Source: an uncultured Nitrospiraceae bacterium (lineage in GTDB: Bacteria > Nitrospirota > Thermodesulfovibrionia > Thermodesulfovibrionales > Dissulfurispiraceae). Taken from it: a stretch of 64,000 bases of DNA. A program made the translations under genes and the position numbers. Location: positions 254,262-318,261 of the forward strand of contig CAVPIW010000014.1 in NCBI GenBank assembly GCA_963705105.1. Reading direction: 5' to 3'. Below, piece after piece: positions 18,770 to 29,265 of the stretch; positions within the stretch are counted from its first letter, which is position 1; each line of letters opens with the position of its first letter. Below the pieces are notes generated by a model. That model made no database searches. It was not told the DNA's origin and worked only from the letters and a program-made list of their open reading frames with translations.

Positions 18770-21700
18770 TGGATGCACAGAGGAGTAGACAGCTCAAAGA
18801 AGGCATTCAGACAACTCTTGCCGACTTCACGAGAAACCCTCTTCCTCTTGCGGCACGAAAGCTTTTCACCGTGCTTGGTTATACCAGCGAGCGCGATGAG
18901 CGGACTTTGAGGATCACCGATGTCGATGAATTCTTTGCCTGGCTCGACAGCGGTCACAGACTCTCCATTCTCTCGGATAAAGATAAGAAAGCACTCATCT
19001 CTGCATGTGAGGATCTAACCTTTCTCTTACAACTCACTGATGAAGAAATAGGAGCAATCATCGGGGCTGCGCAGAGCGGACTTTTCGGTTCAGACACAAC
19101 CGTAGACGGTTCGCGCATTGAGAGTTATCTCGTCTTTGCAGTCGAACTCTCGTCCAATGCACCGCGCTCCCGCACAGAACTTGCCCGGATTGTCCGCTTG
19201 ATCAACAAACCCTTGCCCATGCCTGCACTTATCCTTTTCAGGCATGGCGATACGCTGACGCTCGGGGTCATAAACCGTCGTCTCCACAAGCGGGCTCAAG
19301 ACAGGGATGTCCTTGAAAAGGTCACTCTCATCAAAGACGTTGTCTTTGCCAAACCCCATCGTGCACACATTGAGATTCTTTTCGATCTTTCTTTTTCCAG
19401 TCTCTATGAGCAGTATCAGCCGTCCAATTTCGTGGCGCTTCATACAGCATGGCAAAAGACACTTGATACGTCGGAGCTGAATAAGAAGTTCTATCGCGAA
19501 CTCTCCAACTGGTACTTCTGGGCTATCAAGAATGTGGAATTCCCGGACGACGCCGAGAAAAACAAAGATGTCCGGAACGCAACCAGCGTGATTCGCCTGA
19601 TCACCCGGCTTATCTTCATCTGGTTCATCAAAGAGAAGGGGTTAATCCCCGAGGATCTCTTCAATGAAACAAGGCTGAAGACCATACTCAACTTCAACGA
19701 CAAGAATCAGAGCACCTATTACAAGGCAATCCTTCAGAACCTGTTCTTTGCCACGCTCAATACCGAGATGAACAAAGACAAGCCCGGCAGCCGCAAGTTT
19801 AGAGGGAAAAGGAAAGAGGGAAGAGATCAGCATTACATGATACACAATGTATTCAGGTACGAAGACTATTTTGTGAACCCCCATGATGCTCTGAAAGAAT
19901 ACTTCGAGGACATTCCGTTTCTGAACGGCGGTCTGTTTGAATGCCTTGACAAGATGATCACAACCAACGGCAGAGAAAAGGTTGTTCGCATAGATGGCTT
20001 CTCCGACCATCCGAAAAACGTTCTCAAAGTATCTGATGACCTTTTTTTCTCCCCTGAACAGAGCATTGACCTAAATGAGATATACGGCACCAAAAATAAG
20101 GCATACAAAGTCAGGGGATTGATCCACATCCTTGACAGTTATAAGTTCACCATTGATGAAAACACACCAATCGAGGAAGAAATAGCCCTTGATCCTGAGC
20201 TTCTCGGTAAGGTCTTTGAAAACCTACTTGCGAGTTATAACCCGGAAACGCAGACGACGGCTCGCAAACAGACCGGCTCATACTATACGCCCAGAGAGAT
20301 CGTCAATTACATGGTCGACGAATCCCTCATCTCATACCTCAAAACTAGACTTCAGAACTCTGTCGTATCGCTGGATGTGGACAAGCAGGGGGATGATAAC
20401 GGAACGTCATGTCTCCGCCATCTCTTCTCTTACACGGAGGAACCCCACCATTTCAGTCAGCAACAGGTTGATGCGCTCATTGACACTATCGACAATATGA
20501 AAATCCTTGATCCGGCTTGCGGTTCTGGCGCCTTCCCAATGGGCATCCTGCACAGGTTGGTGCATGTCCTGGGAAAACTTGATCCGAACAACGAGAAGTG
20601 GCGTACGAAACAGCGGCAAAAGGCCATCAAGGAAACCGAGGAAGCATATAGGATCGGCAATCAGGAGGAGCGTCAGAAAAGGCTTCTGGATATTGATGAT
20701 GCCTTCGAAAACAATGCCTCAGACTACGGACGGAAACTCTACCTAATCGAAAACTGCATATTTGGCGTGGACATTCAGCCTATTGCTGTCCAAATTGCCA
20801 AGCTTAGGTTTTTTATATCACTCATGGCAGACCAGAAGACTGATTCCGATAGGGAGAATCTCGGCGTCAGACCGTTGCCAAACCTTGAAACAAAATTCGT
20901 CGCTGCGAACACACTCATCGGCGTAATACGTCCGGGCCAGCAGTTCCTCCGAAACCTCTTGATTGAAGCCAAAGAAGGGGAACTTCGCCGCGTTCGGGAG
21001 CGCCACTTTCTTGCACGAACGCCTGCAACAAAGGCCAAGTTCCGTGACCAGGACTCAAGACTGCGCGTGGAGATAGCAAAACTCCTCAAGGATGATGGAT
21101 GGGATACTGTAACTGCCCACAAAATATCCGCTTGGAATCCATATGACCAGAATGCATCTGCTGATTTCTTTGACCCTGAGTGGATGTTTGGAGAGACTAA
21201 TGGTTTTGATGTGGTGATAGGCAATCCGCCATATGTAAGTGCTTTGGATTTCAAACGAATATATGGCACCACTGTTCGCGAACAACTTAATGCACTTTAT
21301 CACTCTGCAACTGGCACCTACGACCTATTCGTATTATTTGTCGAGCAAGGATTGAAGCTTTGCAGAAATCTGGGCCATTTAGCTTACATTACTCCTAACA
21401 AGTACTTATCAGCAAAGTATGCTGTTGGACTTCGCAGTTGGTTGATTGCCAACGCCAGCCTCTTGAGGATTCTTGATGTTTCTCCTATTCGCGTTTTCAA
21501 AGAGGCTGCGGTATATCCAGTTGTGTCCATCTTTCGCAAGGAGCCACAAATTGCAGGATCCGTTCTTGTTTCGTTGCCGGCTACTCGCAATCTTGAGTGT
21601 TTTGATGCTAACTACTATGAGGAGACCTCTGTGCCGGCCGAGTGGCTCGAACTGTTACCAGAAAATATCTGGGGATTTCTGCTATCGAGAAACGTCAGAC

Positions 21701-21980
21701 TTCTCCCAGTTGTCATGCGGTCTGCTGCGTCTCTTGCATCCCTTGGAGGGGTCAATGCGACCTCGACGGCGAGCGAGGCGGATGAGTTTGGTGCCTGGAT
21801 CACATCAATGCCCGGAACAAAGAGCATGAAATTGATCAATACAGGCACGATTGAAAAATACATAACTCTCTGGGGAATAACAGAGATGACACATAAAGGC
21901 AAGAAATTCCTAACGCCATACTTACCCTTGGCCAAGGCCAAGGTTATGGGGTCGGTTGTCAATAGTGGACACCAAACCTC

Positions 21981-22844
21981 TCATGCTGCCTGTGCATTCA
22001 TATGGTATGCTTTTTCAAAAGCAGCAGGTGAAAGATACCCAAGTCTTGCCTGCCGCCGCTGCCGATTGTAGAACACCTCGATATACTCGGTGATCTCCCG
22101 AATCGCCTCCTGCCTCGTCTTATACCGCCTGTGATGCACAAGTTCACTTTTCAACACTCCCCAGAAACTCTCCATCGGCGCGTTGTCATAGCAGTTGCCC
22201 GTCCCGCTCATTGAGGCATTCATCTTCAAGTGTTTCAGCAGCTTCCTGTAGTCATGCGCACAATACTGACTGCCCCGGTCAGAGTGGTGTATCAGCTCTG
22301 CAGGAGGACGTTTCGCCCAGATCGCTCGTAACAACGATTCCCTGACAAGGTTCTGTGTTATCCTCTCCCCCATCGCATACCCCACAATCTCTCCCGCAAA
22401 AAGGTCCTTATGCGCTGCAAGATATAGCCACCCTTCCTCCGTCGGGATATACGTGATGTCGCTGACCCACACGCGGCCCGGTGCCGTCGCCTCAAAGTCT
22501 TGCTGTAGCAGATTGTCCGCCACAGGTAACGTATGCCGCGAGTCCGTTGTGACCTTGAACCGCCGCTTTTGTTTGCACCGTATCCCCAATTTCCTGCGTA
22601 TCCTCTTGATTCGGCTCACTCCTGCTTTCACCCCGTGGGCTGCCAAATCCTTCTGCAGACGCTCCGGACCATACGTCCCTCGTGTGCGCTCGTGTGCCGC
22701 CTGTATCTCGACCTCCAACCGCGCCTCCTCTTTGGCATGGGCGGACGCGGGCCGACTGACCCAGGCAAAATAACCGCTCGCCGATACATCAAAAACACGG
22801 CTCATAAACGGGATCGGATACTCGAGTCGCAATTCATTCATCAT
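21981..22844 (-). CDS. IS3 transposase OrfB (DDE)
   Basis: WVSDITYI, HHSDRGSQY, DNAPMESFWG.LKSE and YN..R motifs. Confidence 0.95.
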   Translation of the reverse strand: MMNELRLEYPIPFMSRVFDVSASGYFAWVSRPASAHAKEEARLEVEIQAAHERTRGTYGPERLQKDLAAHGVKAGVSRIKRIRRKLGIRCKQKRRFKVTTDSRHTLPVADNLLQQDFEATAPGRVWVSDITYIPTEEGWLYLAAHKDLFAGEIVGYAMGERITQNLVRESLLRAIWAKRPPAELIHHSDRGSQYCAHDYRKLLKHLKMNASMSGTGNCYDNAPMESFWGVLKSELVHHRRYKTRQEAIREITEYIEVFYNRQRRQARLGYLSPAAFEKAYHMNAQAA

Positions 22845-23155
22845 CGCGTACCTGGCTGCGACTCCCTCGCAAAGTACGCGGCCGCTTTTTTTAACAGGTC
22901 CCGCTCCATCCTCGTCTCTATAAGCTCTTTCTTGACTCTTGCCAGTTCCATCTCTATCTCGGTGAGGGGCCGATAGTTCTTGCCGATGTCCTTGAGTTTG
23001 CCGGCCTTATACGCCTTGACCCAGTTGCCCAACGTAGATGGCGGCAACGACAACCGATGGGCCACTTCAGGTAATGACATGCCTGTCTCCACAATCATCT
23101 TCACTGCTTCCTCTCGAAATTCCTTCGTGTACCGTCCTTGCGGAATCCCTTTCAT
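22841..23155 (-). CDS. IS3 transposase OrfA (HTH + leucine zipper)
   Basis: YTKEFREEAVK, VA..L....TL.NW and ERDLLKKAAAYF motifs. Confidence 0.93.
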   Translation of the reverse strand: MKGIPQGRYTKEFREEAVKMIVETGMSLPEVAHRLSLPPSTLGNWVKAYKAGKLKDIGKNYRPLTEIEMELARVKKELIETRMERDLLKKAAAYFARESQPGTR

Positions 23156-23679
23156 TCTGACACCTCCGTCTTTCTTAGTTTACCGACTTTGGTGTCCACT
23201 TTTTCCATCCTACCTCAGTTAATAGTCGCAGAATTTCTATGTACAAAGCACCCAAGGTGATATTTGCGAAAATGGCAAAACGATGCGAAGCCGCCATTGA
23301 TGATGCAGGTGAGTTCGCGTCACTAAACACCAACTGCTTCTACAATCCAAGAAATGGCATTTCAATAAAGTACATTGCCGGCATCTGCAACTCCCGTGCG
23401 TTTATGTTCCTTTATGACCTCTTCTTCAGTGCACTTAGAATGAGTGGCGGTTACTACCAGTTCCAATCGCCCCAACTACGTGTTGTTCCTATACCTCGGG
23501 CAGATACATGTCAAATGGCGGCTGTCGAAGCTTTGGTTGAGAAGATTCTTGTAATTAAGAGAGAAGCCCCTCATGCTGACACATCAAATGTCGAACGGCA
23601 AATTGACGACATGGTTTACTCCCTCTATGGCCTCACACCAGAGGAGGCTGAAGCCGTCGAGTGCATAGAGTAAGCAAGA

Positions 23680-25218
23680 ATGCCAACGCTCGAAGGATTA
23701 ATCTCTCGCGGATACTTCCCCAAGGAATTGCCGCCTGCTTTCAATAGCTCCCGTTTGCGTGGGGTCTTGTTACAAAATGGGTCAGACGTACCACGATTAT
23801 TTCAAGACCACCGTGGTGCTGGAAAGATGATGACGCACAACCTCGCGCAAAGTGGTTCACTCCGAAGAAAACTCGGGATACCTAATCCAGTCCACTTCTG
23901 CAAGCTGGCAGCCTTTGTAGTCGATAACTGGCAAGATTTGTATGCAAGTGCATCACGCTCTCATCTATCATTGACAACCCCTGTAGACGGATATTTGCGT
24001 AGAGCCATTGAACGACAATATGATCTCACAGAGCGTCCCGTCCGCAGAGCACAGCTACGGAGCACTTCGCGCTACATTTTACAGGCAGACATAAGTCGTT
24101 TCTACCCTTCGATTTACACTCATAGCATACCGTGGGCATTGCACACCAAAGCAATTGCGAAGAGGAATCGCAGTGACCAGTTACTTGGAAACCAGCTTGA
24201 TCGACTTGTCAGGCATGCACAAGATGACCAGACGATGGGAATTCCCATTGGTCCCGACACATCTCTGCTCATAGCGGAAATTCTTTTGGCAGCTGTTGAC
24301 GAGGCTTTACGTGAAAGAGGGATTACTCGTGGATTCAGATATATTGACGACTACGAGATTGGGTTCCAGACTTTGTCAGATGCCGAAGCGGCTTTATCAC
24401 ACTTCCAAGAAGTGCTCAATGAATACGAGCTTGCTTTAAACCCAAACAAAACGAGAATACTTAAATTGCCCCTACCGGCGGAGCCACTCGCCATTTCGGA
24501 ATTGCGAACCTTCCTATTTAGACCTTCTATCCCTGGGCAGCGATCAGATCTCTTGCGATATTTCGACAGAGCGTTTTACCTGGCCAACGATAATCCTGAA
24601 GAACACATACTGAAGTATGCCATAGCAAGACTGAGTGGCATAGACATCCATTCGTCCAACTGGAGCCTCGTTGAAAACCTTCTTCTTCAATGCTTGGTTG
24701 CAGAATCGGGAACTATGCCCCTTGCTCAGAATCAGTTTCTTCGTTATAGGGATCTGGGATTTGCCCTTGATAGAGACAGAATTGGTGAAGCTCTGGGCAG
24801 TGCGATAGCCCAGCATAGTTCGTTGGGACACGGTAGTGAGGTGGCATGGGGTTTGTGGTGCCATCTCGTCTTAGGAATCAGAGTCAGTTCTGCCAGTTGC
24901 AGTGCCGCATCTTTCTTGAATGACTCCATTGCAGCCCTGCTCCTGTTGGATGCACACAACAAAGGTCTTGTTTCCTCAGCTATTGAGTTCCGCAATTTAC
25001 CATCGGTCATGACCACAGATGAACTCTATGGTGAGCACTGGCTCCTATCGTACGAGGCTAACGTTAAAGGGTGGCTTCCATCAGAAGGCACCTCGGATCA
25101 TGTATCAGATGATCGGTGCTTTGCCCTTCTCAAGAACAGCGGCGTCTATTTCTACGATGACACAGTGAGTGACCATATAGGGTATGAAGCACCTGGGGGA
25201 TGGGCCGAGAGATACTGA
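23680..25218 (+). CDS. Reverse transcriptase of the UG/Abi (defence-associated, AbiK/DRT-like) lineage with an alpha-helical C-terminal region
   Basis: GYFPKELPP, RRKLGIPNP, DISRFYPSIYTHSIPWALH, GIPIGPDTS..IAE, catalytic YIDD (24340-24351), LNPNKT; no retron NAxxH/VTG motifs and no intron maturase/endonuclease domain. Confidence 0.9.
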   Translation: MPTLEGLISRGYFPKELPPAFNSSRLRGVLLQNGSDVPRLFQDHRGAGKMMTHNLAQSGSLRRKLGIPNPVHFCKLAAFVVDNWQDLYASASRSHLSLTTPVDGYLRRAIERQYDLTERPVRRAQLRSTSRYILQADISRFYPSIYTHSIPWALHTKAIAKRNRSDQLLGNQLDRLVRHAQDDQTMGIPIGPDTSLLIAEILLAAVDEALRERGITRGFRYIDDYEIGFQTLSDAEAALSHFQEVLNEYELALNPNKTRILKLPLPAEPLAISELRTFLFRPSIPGQRSDLLRYFDRAFYLANDNPEEHILKYAIARLSGIDIHSSNWSLVENLLLQCLVAESGTMPLAQNQFLRYRDLGFALDRDRIGEALGSAIAQHSSLGHGSEVAWGLWCHLVLGIRVSSASCSAASFLNDSIAALLLLDAHNKGLVSSAIEFRNLPSVMTTDELYGEHWLLSYEANVKGWLPSEGTSDHVSDDRCFALLKNSGVYFYDDTVSDHIGYEAPGGWAERY

Positions 25219-25395
25219 TGCCTCATATCAAAGAAAATATTTGTGAGGCAACAGAGAACCCGGTTGCTGAGATTACGAAGAGCAGAATGCTGCGTTATTA
25301 TCTTGGCATTTGGATAATAACATAACGATGATGCAATCGGCTATGCTTATCAATGAGTTTTGTGGTTGTTTATTATCTCCTAAACGGAGGCGGGA

Positions 25396-26904
25396 TTGGC
25401 GATAAAGAGAACAGACAGGGCGGAGGAGAGCCGGAACCCTGAGATAGTACGGGCGCTGTGCGCTCTTGACGAAAGCTTGTATTTCGAGTCGAAGAGGGTC
25501 TCCGGCAAAATGGTGCACAAGGCTCTCGAGACCATCGTCGCTTTTGCGAATACCGAGGGTGGTGCACTTGTCCTCGGCATGGAGGACTTAAAGAAAACAA
25601 AAGGCAACGACCGATTGTACGGCATTGCGGAGAATCCTGAAGCCCTCGATGAACTTCGCCAAAAAGCGTCGCACCACATCACGCCTTCTCTCGAAGATCT
25701 CAAATGGCGGCCTATCCCCTGCACTCTTCGTGATGGATCAAAGGGCTCAATCGTCTTGATTGAAGTTACGAGAAGCAAGAAGGTCCACTCCATCGTCGAA
25801 AATGGGACGTGGAAGAGACTGGATCGCGGCAATAGAGAAATGACGGCGCGAGAGATCAACGAGCTCTGTTTTGCCCGCGGCGTTATCAGTGCCGAGACAG
25901 AGACAGTTTCCGTTCCCTTTGAACTGCTCGAAACAGGGTACTGGAAGACATACTGCGAGACGCGGAAAATTGCCACGGGGGATATCAAAGACAGGATGTT
26001 CCGTATCGGTCTCGCCCGTAAAGTTGAGGGCATGCTGATGCCGACGAGGGCAGCCGTGCTGCTCTTTGCCGACGACCCGTCCGGTCTCATGGCGTCTAAG
26101 ACCTCGGTGCGTGTGTTCCACTATTCAGGAGCGCGTATTGAGCATGAGCCGATCCCCAATCTCTTAAAGAAGCCGAAGACGTGCTTGGGTCCTCTCATCA
26201 AGCAGATTGAAGACGCCTATGAGTATGTGATCAATGAAATAGCGGGTGGCTTGAGACTCTCTGCATCCGGATTCGAGACCGTGCATTGCTATCCCACTCG
26301 CGTCATAAAGGAGGCGATCACCAACGCGGTCATCCATCGTGATTATCACATCAACCGCGATATTCACGTCAGGATATTTGACAACAGAATCGAGGTGGAG
26401 AGCCCTGGCCTCTTCCCCGGTGACATTAGGCCGGAGACCGTGGCAACAGCGGGTTCGTTGAACCGCAATCCGCTAATCGTCAATCATTTGAGGGAATTTC
26501 CGGTCCCGCCTAACATTGACGCGGGTGAAGGGGTTCGTATGATGTTCTCAACGATGCGTGCGGTCGGCCTCTATCCGCCCTTTTACTTCACGAGGCCGTT
26601 TCTTCAAACCGATGGAGTGATGGTTGTGCTTCTCAATGAAGAGCGCCCTGCTGTTTGGGAACAGGTCAGTGAATGGGTTGACCGCAAAGGCTCTATCACG
26701 AACAGCGCCCTTTGCCAGATAGCGGACATTGATACGCTAAAGGCCTCAAAGATGCTGAAACGATGGGTTGAAAAAGACATGCTTGTGCCCGATATGACCA
26801 AGGGCAAACGAGGTGCACGCTACAGAAAACCAGGACAGGATCTCGCGGTAAGATCATTCTTTTCATTATCCGGGCTCTCGGATAATAACCCGGAGGACAG
26901 CTAA
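25396..26904 (+). CDS. Schlafen/AlbA_2 domain + HATPase-like (RecG C-terminal-like) domain + wHTH protein
   Basis: ES...E.K, VAFANTEGG.L.LG, EAITNAVIHRDY, RIEVESPG, RNP and EGVRMM motifs; C-terminal wHTH; TTG start with GGAGG SD. Confidence 0.85.
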   Translation: MAIKRTDRAEESRNPEIVRALCALDESLYFESKRVSGKMVHKALETIVAFANTEGGALVLGMEDLKKTKGNDRLYGIAENPEALDELRQKASHHITPSLEDLKWRPIPCTLRDGSKGSIVLIEVTRSKKVHSIVENGTWKRLDRGNREMTAREINELCFARGVISAETETVSVPFELLETGYWKTYCETRKIATGDIKDRMFRIGLARKVEGMLMPTRAAVLLFADDPSGLMASKTSVRVFHYSGARIEHEPIPNLLKKPKTCLGPLIKQIEDAYEYVINEIAGGLRLSASGFETVHCYPTRVIKEAITNAVIHRDYHINRDIHVRIFDNRIEVESPGLFPGDIRPETVATAGSLNRNPLIVNHLREFPVPPNIDAGEGVRMMFSTMRAVGLYPPFYFTRPFLQTDGVMVVLLNEERPAVWEQVSEWVDRKGSITNSALCQIADIDTLKASKMLKRWVEKDMLVPDMTKGKRGARYRKPGQDLAVRSFFSLSGLSDNNPEDS

Positions 26905-27209
26905 TATCCACTGCATATCAATTAGATCTTGCGTATTTTATTATCCGATTCGAGAGCGTTGGACAGATTCGCACGACCAGCATCAGGGAAGGGGGCTACT
27001 CTAACTGCGATGATTCCCTCTTGGAGAACTAAACCGCTGCGCGGTGGTGATGAGTTGTCAGCGTAGTGAAACGAGATAGAGCTTTTTCTTCGTTGTAGAG
27101 GCTTTCAGTTCGGTCCCTCTTGTTGAACAGTCCCCATCGTCTTACAATCTTCTTTTGGTGTACCTGACGGCATGAGCTGTCGGATATTGATACCAGAGGA
27201 GGCAGTTGC

Positions 27210-28052
27210 ATGAGCACATTGAGAGAGCAGATGGTGGCGGATCTTCAGTTGAGAGGCATTACCCCCAGGACGCAGAAGAAGTATCTCCGGGAAGTCAGCA
27301 ACCTCGCGAAGTATTACAACAAGTCACCCCAGGACCTGGGCGAACAGGAAGTGAAAGAGTACCTGGTGCATATGCTGAAAGACAGAGGCATCTCCGTGGG
27401 AACGTACCGAACCTACGCAGCGGGGATCAAGTTCCTGTATACGACGACCCTGGACCGGCCCGAGGTCGTGGAGAAGATCAAGTATCCCAAAAGCACACAC
27501 AAGCTCCCCGAAGTGCTTGACCTCTCGGAGATCAAGGCCCTGCTGTCCGTCATGGACAATCTCAAGCACCGGGCACTGCTGACGATGACCTATTCAGCAG
27601 GACTCAGGGCCAGCGAGGTCGCCCGCCTGAGAGTAAGCGACGTCGACAGCAAGAGAATGATGGTGCGGGTGCAGCAGGGCAAAGGCAGAAAGGACCGCTA
27701 CAGCATCCTGTCCAAAACAGCCCTTGAGTGCCTCAGAGAGTATTACAGGCAGTATCGCCCCTCGCAGTGGCTGTTTGAAGGACAGAGCGAGGATACCCAT
27801 ATCTGCTACACGTCCATACGGAATATCTTTCGGGAGGCCAAGGAGCGGGCCGGCATCACAAAACCGGCAACCCCTCATACGCTGAGGCACTCCTTTGCGA
27901 CTCACCTGATTGAAGCAGGGACAAGCCTTCATCATGTCCAGCTGCTCATGGGCCATAGGTCCCCGAGCACGACGACCGTCTATCTGCATGTCAGCCGGAT
28001 GAATCTGGCACAAGTCACCAGCCCCCTGGACACCATGCCGGAAGAACTGTAG
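27210..28052 (+). CDS. Tyrosine recombinase (phage-integrase family, N-terminal SAM-like domain)
   Basis: YSAGLRASE, GKGRKDR, HTLRHSFATH, MGH and TTVY give a complete R-K-H-R-H-Y set. Confidence 0.95.
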   Translation: MSTLREQMVADLQLRGITPRTQKKYLREVSNLAKYYNKSPQDLGEQEVKEYLVHMLKDRGISVGTYRTYAAGIKFLYTTTLDRPEVVEKIKYPKSTHKLPEVLDLSEIKALLSVMDNLKHRALLTMTYSAGLRASEVARLRVSDVDSKRMMVRVQQGKGRKDRYSILSKTALECLREYYRQYRPSQWLFEGQSEDTHICYTSIRNIFREAKERAGITKPATPHTLRHSFATHLIEAGTSLHHVQLLMGHRSPSTTTVYLHVSRMNLAQVTSPLDTMPEEL

Positions 28053-28074
28053 CAGTTCACCTCCCCACTGCCGG

Positions 28075-29265
28075 ATGCGGCCCTCTCGCGGCGTCGAGGT
28101 GGCGGATATCTTCCGCCGGCACGGCCCGGAGTACAGGAAAGCCCACTGCTTGCCTCTGCATCACCTGCGGGTCATGCGTGCCGTGGAGATCTGCAGGACG
28201 GCTGCTTTGGGCGGGCATACAGACAGGTGCGAGGACTGCGGGCACATCGAGATCTCCTACAACTCCTGCCGGAACCGCCACTGCCCCAAGTGCCAGACTC
28301 TGCAAAAGGAGCGGTGGATCGAGGCGCGAGGACAGGACCTCCTGCCTGTTGAGTACTTCCACGTCGTCTTCACCATTCCCACAGAGCTCAATCCCCTGGT
28401 CATCATGAATCAGAGGGTCCTGTATAATCTGCTGTTCCGGTCGGTTTCCGAGACCCTCGGGGAATTGTGCCAAAATCCCCGGCATCTCGGCGCACAGATC
28501 GGCTTCATCGGTGTTCTGCACACCTGGGGGCAGAACCTGCTGGATCACCCCCACATCCACTGCGTTGTGCCCGGCGGTGGGCTGTCCCCGGACAGGAGCC
28601 GCTGGGTGTCATGCCGCAGGGGTTTCTTCATCCCCGTCCGGGTGATGTCGGAGCTCTTCAGGGGCAAGTTTCTCGACTACCTTAAGGACAGGTTTCACGC
28701 GGGCGATCTCATCTTCCCCGGCGGAATTGCTCATCTGGGACATCCCGGGGCCTTCTCGGCACTCTGCGGCCGGCTCTACAACAAGAAATGGGTCGTCTAC
28801 TGTAAAGCACCCTTCGCCGGCCCCGAGGGTGTCCTCCAGTATCTGGGCAGGTATACTCACAGAATCGCAATCAGCAACAACCGTATCCTGAACGTGCAGG
28901 ACGGCGCCGTATCCTTCCGCTGGCGGGACTACGCCGACGGGGACAAACAGAAGATTATGACGCTCACGGCTGAGGAGTTCATCAGGCGCTTCCTCCTGCA
29001 TGTCCTTCCGCCACGCTTTGTCAGGATACGCCACGTCGGTCTGCTGGCAAACAGAAACGGGAAAGATCACATTGCCGTCTGCCGGCAATTGCTCGGCAGT
29101 GACACAACGGTCACCAAAGAAAAAGATACGAAAGAGACCTGGCAGGAACTGTTACGCAGGATCTGCGGCATCGATGTTACCACCTGTCCTGTCTGCAAGA
29201 AGGGCAAGATGGTCATGGTGGAGCTATTGCCTCCCTGCCGGTGCAACAGCCCCCCGGATCATTAG
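28075..29265 (+). CDS. IS91-family transposase (Zn-binding domain + Y2 HUH domain)
   Basis: CRT..LGGH..C..C, SCRNRHCPKC, HVVFT, LHTWG...HPHIH, YLGRY and F.RIRH.G motifs. Confidence 0.93.
   Translation: MRPSRGVEVADIFRRHGPEYRKAHCLPLHHLRVMRAVEICRTAALGGHTDRCEDCGHIEISYNSCRNRHCPKCQTLQKERWIEARGQDLLPVEYFHVVFTIPTELNPLVIMNQRVLYNLLFRSVSETLGELCQNPRHLGAQIGFIGVLHTWGQNLLDHPHIHCVVPGGGLSPDRSRWVSCRRGFFIPVRVMSELFRGKFLDYLKDRFHAGDLIFPGGIAHLGHPGAFSALCGRLYNKKWVVYCKAPFAGPEGVLQYLGRYTHRIAISNNRILNVQDGAVSFRWRDYADGDKQKIMTLTAEEFIRRFLLHVLPPRFVRIRHVGLLANRNGKDHIAVCRQLLGSDTTVTKEKDTKETWQELLRRICGIDVTTCPVCKKGKMVMVELLPPCRCNSPPDH

Larger units (their letters stand above)
21947..23217 (-). mobile_element. IS3-family insertion sequence (1271 bp)
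   Basis: TIRs TGGGGTCGGTTGTCAATAGTGGACACCAAA / TTTGGTGTCCACTTTTTCCATCCTACCTCA; 4-bp TSD GTTA (21943-21946 and 23218-23221); A7G frameshift motif at 22885-22892 on the minus strand. Confidence 0.95.
18769..23673 (+). pseudogene. Type IIG/Eco57I-like N6-adenine DNA methyltransferase with a TaqI-like C-terminal specificity domain, interrupted by IS3
   Basis: LNGGLF, LLGKVFENLL, TGSYYTP, DPACGSGAF, GVDI and GNPPY motifs; TAATG coupling to the helicase; removing 21947-23221 restores one 1209-aa frame (..AKAKV-NSRRISMYKAPK..IDDMVYSLYGLT). Confidence 0.9.

Noticed and set aside
15374..23673. Complete BREX or DISARM system
   Set aside because: No PglZ/BrxC/BrxL or DrmA/DrmB (DUF1998) genes; only a PLD-helicase and an MTase.
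23680..25218. Retron, group II intron or DGR reverse transcriptase
   Set aside because: No NAxxH/VTG retron motifs, no room for msr-msd, no maturase/endonuclease domain or intron ends, and no TR/VR pair.
27210..28052. Integron integrase or prophage integrase
   Set aside because: 280 aa without the IntI-specific insertion, paired with an IS91-like transposase; no attC array or phage genes.
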